DNA of 64,000 bases from Eledone cirrhosa (taxonomy: Eukaryota), in assembly GCA_964016885.1 (NCBI GenBank), contig OZ024745.1:54684001-54748000 (forward strand), in the 5' to 3' direction. The position numbers and the translations under genes were made by a program. A model generated the notes under the pieces. The model was not told the origin of the DNA. It saw only the letters and a program-made list of their open reading frames with translations, and ran no database searches. Positions 54,930 to 64,000 of this stretch are shown one piece after another. The stretch's first letter is position 1. Every line of letters starts with the position of its first letter.

Positions 54930-57114
54930 GGTAAGCAAAGAGAGAGAGAGGGAAGGTTTACTTACCTCCCGGGTCTTGTGAAGGTCGGGTGGTTCGACCT
55001 CCATGGTTGGTGGGGTTTCGTTTGGGAACCCCTTTAAAAGTCTTGATGTGGGTTTCACATTCGGGTTTCCCACGTCTTGAGGAAAGCTGTCTCGAATTTC
55101 TTTGAAGGAATTGAGTGACATTCGGACCAGGAGCAAATCTTCTGGCACGCAGAATGTGCTCATTTCAAAAATCTCCCCCTCTGTTTGAATGTCCTCGCTT
55201 CGCGCTAAGAGGGCCATCAGTTTATCGTTGGCCCTTCTGACAAGCACGAAGTTTTAAACATTTTGTTGGTGTGGTTTTATTTGTTTTCGTTTTGGTGAAG
55301 GTGGTGGCGATGGTTTTGGTGGTGTTGTTTCGGGTATGTCTATGTTTGTTGTAGGTGTGGTGTCTGCAATTTCAGGTATTTGTGTGTTTATTTGTACTTG
55401 TGTTTGTTTAGGTTGTTTGCGTTTCGGGGATTGTGGAGGTGGTGTCGATGTTGCTGATGGTGCTGATGTTATTGGGGAAGTGTCTGCGTTAGTGGTGTCC
55501 GTATTTTTTGTTGTGTGTGTTTTTGTGTTTTGTAGGGGCTTTTTTTTTTTTGTGAGTTTTCTCTGTTTTTTTGCACTTTTGGGTTTTCCTTCATCTTCGC
55601 TGCTGGAAGACAAAGGGTCTGTGTCTGTGAGTGTCTCTGTGTCTGTGTGTGCGTTTATTTTTTTTGTCTATGTATATAGTTGGGGGGGGGTAGTAGGGGG
55701 AGTGGGAGAGCTTTCCTCGTTTTCTCCTTGGATTGGTTTTGGTGTTGGTGGTGATCCGGCTGCTTTTGATGTTGGTGTCCGTGTTTTTGTTGATGTTGTT
55801 TTTGGTGGTGGTGGTGGTGCAGCTTTCCGTGCTGACACTGGCGTTGGCAACAAAGGAGGTTTGCGACCCCCTGCATTTTTGCGCTGAGGGCAGAAAGCTT
55901 GAAGATGCGTGGCTTCCCCGCAAACGAAGCAGCGTGGCCTTCTTCCGTCAATCATTAGTTGGATTGTTGTCCCGTCCTGCAGGCGGGCAAAATCTGGGAT
56001 GTTATTTATATCCTCCGGTTTCATTTGGAGAAGAATCTCCAAATCCATTCTGGACCAGTCTTCTCTCTCTGTCCTTTTGATGTCCAGGAGGGTGGTGTCT
56101 GTCCCCTCCTCGATTACGCATCCCAGCAGCCACCATATGTTCATTCCTGGTGGGATGCTGGGAATGCGTACCTTCACTGTCCTTTTACCCATATAGGACG
56201 GATGCATGATAATGCGTTCCGTTCTGCAGGGGATCACCGAGTGCTTAATAGCGAGCGCCTCGGATTTGAACAGTACCGAGATGGTACCGAACTGTTTGCC
56301 TCTTGCTTTGTACTCTATGTTACTTCCGATGTACTCCAAAGCAGCCTCTACCTCTGCTTGGATCACAAGTTCCACTTTTCGTGTCTGCACCGAAATACAG
56401 CGAAAGAGCACCGTCCTCCATTGCATGGCCGCTATTGCCTCGTCCGGGATGGTCAGGTTTGCCCAGGACTTCTCCCGTTTAATTAGCCTCCACGCTTTGG
56501 CCAACTGTTCGTCTTTATCGCTAATATCAATATCGATATTCAATAAGCGCTTTGTTTTTGCTGCTGCTGCTGCAGCAAATGTGGTGTTTCTGATGCTCTT
56601 ATTGTTGTTGTTGTCATTCTTGCTGTTGCCACCGCCATCCTTGTTTACATTGAAGCTGTCGGTGTTTTTGTCGTTATTGCTCTGAGTTGTGGATTGGCAG
56701 TATCGGTAGAGGGTCGATGCCATGCTTTGCAGCATAGTTACGTCCCTTTACGATCTGAGTTCAAATCCCGCCGAGGTTGACTTTGCCTTTCATCCTTACG
56801 GGGTCGATAAAATAAAAGTACCAGTAATGCACTGGTTAATTTGCTGGCCTTGTGCCAAAAAAGTAGAAACAGTTATTGCTCTGAGTTGTTGTTGTTGTGG
56901 TGGTGGTGGTGGCGGTGGTGGTGATGTCGTTTTCAGATGATACTGCTGCTATGCCAGAAGGTTGTGATGGTAGTTTTTTAGTTTTGCCTTCACATTCAGT
57001 AGAGTGGATGACAGGCATGACTGTAGCCGTCGTAGTCGTGGTGAAATCTGCAGTGGCTGCCTTTAAACTTTTGACCTGAACGTTGTTTACTGTTTCAAGG
57101 TCGAACATTTCCAT
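54930..57114 (-). pseudogene. LINE ORF1 (gag-like, zinc knuckle), disrupted by SINE insertion, frameshift near 55680 and stop at 55254
   Basis: CFVCGEATHLQAFC; removing the SINE plus one TSD joins TTTTQSNN to DKNTDSF in frame; Pro/Thr/Lys-rich tail; 3' boundary uncertain. Confidence 0.85.
56691..56871 (+). mobile_element. SINE inserted antisense into LINE ORF1
   Basis: 18-bp TSD gttattgctctgagttgt at 56673-56690 and 56872-56889. Confidence 0.95.
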
Positions 57115-57345
57115 AATTTTCTTTTGGTGGGGAAGCGATTTTTTTCGAAGATTTTAAAAATAAATCTGAATATTCGGGCTTAAAGCCCGAATATTGAGAG
57201 GTATCCCTCTCTTTAAATCAAGATGTGTACCTTAAGTTTCGTTAATGACAAGAAAATACAAAAAAAAGACACTTTAAAACAGCTTAAAGCTACGAACCTT
57301 TTCCCCCGCAGACTTGTCTGTCTTCACACATGTGCGGCCAAAAAT

Positions 57346-57583
57346 AATAATAATAATAATAATAATTGTTTCTACTTTAGGCACAAGGCCAGCAATTACT
57401 CAGTGTATTACTGGTACTTTATTTTATCGACCCCGTAAGGATGAAAGGCAAAGTTAACCTGGGCGGGATTTGAACTCAGAATGGATAATAATAATAATAA
57501 TAATAATAATAATTGTTTCTACTTTAGGAACAAGGCCAGCAATTACCCAGTGTATTACTGGTACTTTATTTTATCGACCCCGT
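57346..57583 (-). mobile_element. Two 5'-truncated SINE copies separated by (AAT)n
   Basis: First is a near-identical duplicate of 51067-51210. Confidence 0.9.
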
Positions 57584-57689
57584 AATAATAATTTCTATTA
57601 ATATTAACGGTTCAAAACTTTTTGTGGTCACGTCAGTTGTGATACGACCGCTTTTTGATATTTTTTCTTCGTGTTGGTAGTATTTCCGT

Positions 57690-58075
<386 letters not shown>

Positions 58076-59975
58076 TAATGAATAGTCGTAAATATTGATC
58101 GTAGAAGAAACTAAATATTGTCTGCCACCGCTCTGATCTTTCCTCTGAACTAATGTTCAACGAAGTTAAGATTTAATAAAATAAACCTTAAGGGAGAAAG
58201 ACCGTTGTCGTTCTGTCTGTCTGTGTTTCTCTCTCTGTGTCTCTCTCTCTCCCTGTCTCTCTCTCTGTCTCCCCTTTCCCTCTCTCTCTTTCTCTCTTTA
58301 TCTCCCCACTGACGAAGAATTTACTCAAATCAGTAGAGTGTAAAAGCTAATTTGATCATGAAATTGATTTCTTGTATAGAATACCATACCTTAGATACTA
58401 TATGGAAAAAGGGAAATAAGAATTTGCGACGTTTATGCCTTTCTCGGGGGCATTAATGGCGTAGGTGAAATAGTAAATGGCAATAGCAAATAATGGAAAT
58501 CATGTCGTGAAACTCGGTTTGTCTGGAGGTTAAGTTTATTCTATGGTATTCGTCTAATTTGATCACGATATATGTATAATCGAGTTAAAACGGTAGGTTG
58601 TTAATATGTTCAACATATTTATTGGTCAGTGCAGTATTTCAACAAATAATTCTTTTACCGATTTGAGATCATAAATCAGTTTCGATTCTCGAGTAACACA
58701 AGAGGTAGATGTACTTAAGAATATCTGCAACTGATTTCTCCAGCCTTTAAAAAATAGCCGAATTTGATTCCTTCTTTTGCTTCACTCAGGACCCAAATGT
58801 AAGACTATGATCATTGTATCTAAAGTTTCCCATTTACAACCAATAGGCTAATAACGAATCAATTGTTTCATTTTGGTAGCCCTAAGTCACCATTGAACGA
58901 ATAGAAACACACTGAAACACATTCAAGACGAGCGCACCATCTTATTTTCAGAATATGTGTAATCTGATGCATTGTCATATATACCCTTTCGCATATAGGT
59001 TTATGAGTGTTTGATGGAAATTTGAACTATCATTTAGCGCACCTCAATTGTTTCTTAATCGCATAAGTTGTTTTCTCTGAGCAAGATCCTCATATGCTAA
59101 AGTCAGATATTTTTATTTTCAGTTCACATACTTTGTGGCTAGAAAAGAAAAAAAAAGACATGATATAAATCAAAAGAACAAACATGAAATATAATTTCAG
59201 TCTTTAATTTTTGGAAATGAATGAAAATATTTGCGGTTAGCGTTGTAAGTGTCTTGGTATGAATACAAAACCTAAATCGCATTAAATTCAAGTTTCATTA
59301 ATGTTCTTAAAAATACAATAACATTCGGCCTCATTTTCCCGTTAATATAATCAGATTTTGTGCATACTCAAAATTAATCAATATGTTAAAACATGTGTGA
59401 ACATCTTTGTACCGCAAGAGGCATGTAAGACTTCGGTTTAAGTGAATTTCATAGATTGAATGCATTTAGATAGTTTCATAAATCCTTTGCTTGATAGGAA
59501 TCTTTGAGATATTTTAACTCATGCGGCTGTTATAGTTATCTAGCTGAAACTCTGGGATTACCAAGCAAACCCGAGATCAAATAACATCTCACAATGCATA
59601 TTTACTGAAACAGAAAAATCTTCAACGATATCATCCGTTGATTCCCGGAGTGTTGTATACTTGAGCGAAACACCTATTTCACGTTGCTCGGATTCTTTCA
59701 GCTGAAAAAAAAAATGAGTTGTATTCATAATTCAACTGGCCAAGCTTGTCATACATTGTGTCACGCAGAATCACTCTCAGAACTAAAATATCGGTGCACC
59801 GGTCTGTAGGATGCTTAGTCATCTGCACATTAATTTCACTATGAGGCTATCATGGTGTTTTAGGTATAAATAATGATATTGTAGAAGGGGTAAAGAGATG
59901 TAAAATATTTGGCTCAATCCAACTATCACTCTCTCTCTCTCTCTCTCTCTCTCCCTCCCTCACACACACACACAT

Positions 59976-60008
<33 letters not shown>

Positions 60009-61182
60009 ACATTAGTAAATAATATACCATTGAGAAGCGTAAGCTATCTCCACTGACCTCCTTGTTGTTTCAGAATATGTTAATTGACTCACTCTATCAA
60101 ATCATCTTCTAATCAATTATGCTAGAGTTTTATATGATAAGGTCATAAATGGTTGAAGCAAGAATTGCACAGTTCGATGCGTTTATATGTGCAAAACAAC
60201 TGAACTGCGGGGCGTTAACAATATTATGTTAGCTATTTTGAATAGACATTAAAAAAATTATATAATATGAGAAACTGAAGCGTAAAAATACGAGACGTAA
60301 AGGAATGATGAAAATATAGAGTACGATGATGCCCTGAAGATGATTATAATGGTCATGATAAAGGTGATAATGATGGAGGCTGTATTAGTAGGATGATGTG
60401 GCTGTTAGTGGTGTAGGTGTTGCTGATAATAATAATGGTGTGATATATGATAAACGCTTTGACGTTAGTGGCTGTCGTGATAATGTTGGTGATGGCACTG
60501 AAGTTTGTGGCGGTGCTGATTGTAATGGTGGGCATGATGTTAGTATTTGTATTGACAGTGGTATTAATAGTATGGTGATTATAGTGTGCTAGTGACGAAG
60601 TGTGTATGGCGATAATGATAGAGTAAATAATGATGTTGCCAGTGTAGGCAATCATTTTCAGTACAGTCATTTCCCAAAACGTTTTTATGACCACCAAACT
60701 CTTAGTATGACCATCGCACGAAATACTTTGCAGTCTTACATAGGTTTTGAGTTATAGCGTTACTAAAATAAATAGTAATTTCCTCATTCGAGTTGATGGG
60801 CTGGATAAAATAATACGGCAATAAAATATTGAGGGTGATTGAATGATTTGACCCCTTCACGCTAAATTAAAAACAATGTGCCACTATCAACACATCTTCA
60901 TGTGTTCTCGAGGCAAGAGGCATTGCCTTGTAAGTAAACACATACAAGTAGTATCTACACCCTTGCATTATCCGTTACAAACATTTTCAAAACACAGACT
61001 ACTGCTTTCATAAGAGAAAATAACCAATCATTGAAATGTTCCTGAAAAATAGGTCGGTTATATCTTAGTGGGGACGTTTTTGAAAATATTTTCAATATCA
61101 CACCACGACACGAAAACATTCTGCAATGTTCACAATACTGTTTACATCTCCCTTCAAATCTCGAAGCGAATTGAAACATTGA

Positions 61183-61295
61183 ATAATAATAATGATAATG
61201 GTTTCTGATTTAGGTACAAGACCAGTAATTTTTAGGGGGAGGGAAAAGTCGATTAAATATAACCCAGTACATTACCGGTGCTTTATTTTATCGAC
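61183..61295 (-). mobile_element. SINE 3' fragment, long subfamily
   Basis: ggtttctgatttaggtacaag...ggggagggaaaagtcgattaaat...ttttatcgac. Confidence 0.8.
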
Positions 61296-61479
61296 ATAGA
61301 CTCATAAATACAAAGACAATGTATGTGTATGTATGTGCGCGTGTGCATGTGCATATACATGCATTTATATGTATAAACATATAATAATATAATGCTTACA
61401 GAAGGAAAACACAAACAAATATAATATATGCAAAGCAAAAGTAAAAGAAAAAAAGAGAGAGAAAAACAAAACGGAAGCA

Positions 61480-62030
61480 GGTAGCACACACACATCTATG
61501 ACCAATTACAACAATAGGCAGGTGAAAGGAGTGGATAAACGAGCCGTTACAAGAGCAAACGTTAACAATATCGTGAGGAGAACTGGGAAACCGCTCTAAT
61601 AATATTTGAGGCAATCCAGCACGCTCGCAGCGTTATCTCGGGTGATGGCGAGGCTGAGGTGCCTGAACAACCAAGTGGCCTGACGAGCATCATCAGTTAC
61701 CTCGGTTAGGCGAGCCCCAGTGAAGATAAGAACCTCGCAGTCAGTAGCCCGATTCCCCCAAACGTCTCGAACGCAAGAGGCTGGAAAATGTAGTTGGCCG
61801 ACAGATCACGGTATTTTAGGATATTATTCCGTTTGGCTGCGGATGCAGTAGGTCTCGCTCTTACCGCTACATCGAAGATCAGAGTAGAAGCAAAATAATC
61901 ACTACCTGTCGGGTCCCAGATAAGGCACCTGGCTCTTTACCAGGGGCATAGTATAAGGCCGTCAGATCTTCTCTTCTTCAGACGGTTCCAGAATTGAGGG
62001 GATGGTTGCCCGGGCCAAAGCTCTTAAGTG
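61480..62030 (-). mobile_element. CRE-like (RLE) non-LTR element, 3' fragment
   Basis: RSDGLILCPW...LIWDPTGSD...LKYRDL...FQPLAFETFGGIG...WLFRHLSLAITRDNAASVL. Confidence 0.8.
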
Positions 62031-62155
62031 GTAATAGGACAGTGTGTGTATGTGCGCGCGTGCGAGTTTGTCGGCGATCTAAATTAGAGATGCGTGTGTG
62101 TGTATGAGCGTGTGTCATATATATATATATCTATATATATATATACATGTGTGTG

Positions 62156-62229
<74 letters not shown>

Positions 62230-62256
62230 ATATATGAATATATATATATATGTGTA

Positions 62257-63905
62257 TAATCATCATCATTCTCATCATCATCATTTTACGTCCACTTTTC
62301 CCTGCTTGCAAGGGTTGGACGAGTCCTATTCAGCATAGCATCTCTCTACTTGTCATGGTCCTTCGTCACCTCCTCGGTGAGTTTCAACGATCTGAGGTCT
62401 GCTCTCACCACCTCCACCCATGTTTTTCGTGGTCTACCTCTACTGCGTCTTCCTTCTACTGGGATTTCTTGGCACCTCTGTACCCAGTGGTCATCTTCCA
62501 TGCGCATCAGATTTCCATACCATCTCAGCCTTCTCTCTTCCACACCACAATTTATCCCTCTTATACCCAGTTTCTTTCTCAAATCTTCTATGCTTGGTCG
62601 TTCACGCATATTGGCATTGCACATCCAACGGAACATACTTGCTTCATTTCTCTCCAGCCGTGACATATCTTCTGCAGTTGCTGCCCATGTCTCACTACCA
62701 TGCAGCATCGCGCATCTCACACAGGCATCATATAACCCTCCTTTCGTACGCATGGAGAAGCCCTTCTTTATCAACGGAGAAGCAGCTCCCCCATGCTATT
62801 CTGATCACCTAGGTACCGGAAGCTATCAACCACTTCTATAGAACCCACCTGCATTGGAAAAATGTGTCTATCACTGAGATTACTACTGCCAACTTTCCAT
62901 GCACATCTACTGCATACGTAATTTTCCCTACCTGTTAGTTTGCCTGCTATCCCACTACATCTCCTGTGAACCCAACATCTGCATTGCGTAAATTTTATGG
63001 AATTTAGGCCAGTTCCTTTCCTACATATCGAAGATCGTCATTTCCCCGATGGAATCAGAGTATTGTCCTCTCTTCTACTTATCAACACTTTTGTCTTAGC
63101 TATGTTCACTCTCAGTCCTCTTGATTCCAACTGCTGTTTCCATAGCCAGAATATATTCTCTATCTCCTCTACTGATTCTGCTATAAGAACCAGATCATCA
63201 GCATAGAGAAGTTCCCATGGGCAACCAGTCTTAAACTCCTCTGTTATGTTTGGAGGACTATAATAAACAAGAGCGGGCTGAGGACCGAACCCTGATGTAC
63301 ACCTACTTGTATCTGGAATTCCTCACTAAACTCCATTCCTATTCTCACTTTACTGACAACACCCCTGTACATAGCTTGCAGTGTCCTCACAAGCCATTCC
63401 TCTACAACTAGTTTCCTTAGGGACCACCAGATGACAGATCGGGGTACCCTATCCAAGGCCTTCTCTAGGTCAACAAAAGCTAAGTATAGTGGCTTATTCT
63501 TCTCTAAGAACCTCTCTTGTAGTTGCGTCACTAAAAATAAGGCATCTGTTGTACTTTTCCGAGGCACAAAACCAAACTGCATCTCACCTAATTTGACTCT
63601 GTCTCTAATCAGTTGCGCTCATATTCTCTCTGCCACTTTCATAACCTGATCCATCAGCTTTATGTCCCTATAATTGCTCCTTTCTAGAGCATCCCCTTTA
63701 CCTTTTTAGCAAATTATGAGAATACTGCTGCACCAGTCTTTAGGTATGACACCCCCATATATAGCTTGATTAATGATGCGTGCAACTGGTTTAGTGCCTA
63801 CTTCTCCCGATACCTTCAGCAATCCAGCAACTATTCCCGACGGTCCAGCAGCCTTACCATTCTTCATTTCCATAATTGCCTCTTGTACCCTATATTCATC
63901 AATCT
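62257..63905 (-). mobile_element. RTE-clade LINE 3' half with (TGA)n tail, distinct from the (GAA)n-tailed RTE family
   Basis: GKAAGPSG, QFGFVPRKSTTDA, FVDLEKALDRVPR, GVHQGSVLSPLLF, LLYADDL, MLHGSETW, RRLRWYG, RGRPRKTW. Confidence 0.95.
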
Positions 63906-64000
63906 CAATATATATGTGTGTGCGTCTTTAAGTTAGAGATATATGCGTGTGTATGCACTTCCTTCCGTTTACACACACATACATTCACACAAACACACAC

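Larger units (their letters stand above)
51229..57340 (-). mobile_element. Near full-length Tx1/L1-clade LINE (about 6.1 kb)
   Basis: 5' UTR, ORF1 with CCHC knuckle, ORF2 with APE, RT and C-terminal zinc finger, 3' UTR with AATAAA followed by (ATT)n; GC-rich relative to flanks. Confidence 0.95.

Noticed and set aside
55668-56735. ORF start MLQSMASTLYRYCQS as the real ORF1 N-terminus
   Set aside because: These codons come from the antisense SINE insertion; the true start is at 57114

Overview
AT-rich, microsatellite-dense eukaryotic DNA. The SINE family, the RTE variant and the repeat landscape suggest an octopod cephalopod (inference from memory, not a database hit). No host protein-coding exon can be supported, and most ORF-track entries are translations of microsatellites. 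The window is made almost entirely of retroelements: (1) a near full-length, disrupted Tx1/L1-clade LINE (51229-57340, minus) flanked by an unusually long ~165 bp direct duplication; (2) about 17 copies of a tRNA-type SINE whose 3' end resembles that LINE's 3' end and whose TSDs start with RTTATT; (3) decayed R4/Dong, RTE and CRE-like non-LTR elements; (4) a non-autonomous Helitron; (5) many Penelope-like element (PLE) remnants in (TA)n tracts, including three GIY-YIG fragments of different types and at least six distinct pseudo-LTR families carrying hammerhead ribozyme motifs, often as inverted pairs. The most notable signals are the SINE/Tx1 partnership with TTATT targeting, the long flanking duplication, and the diverse set of hammerheads.
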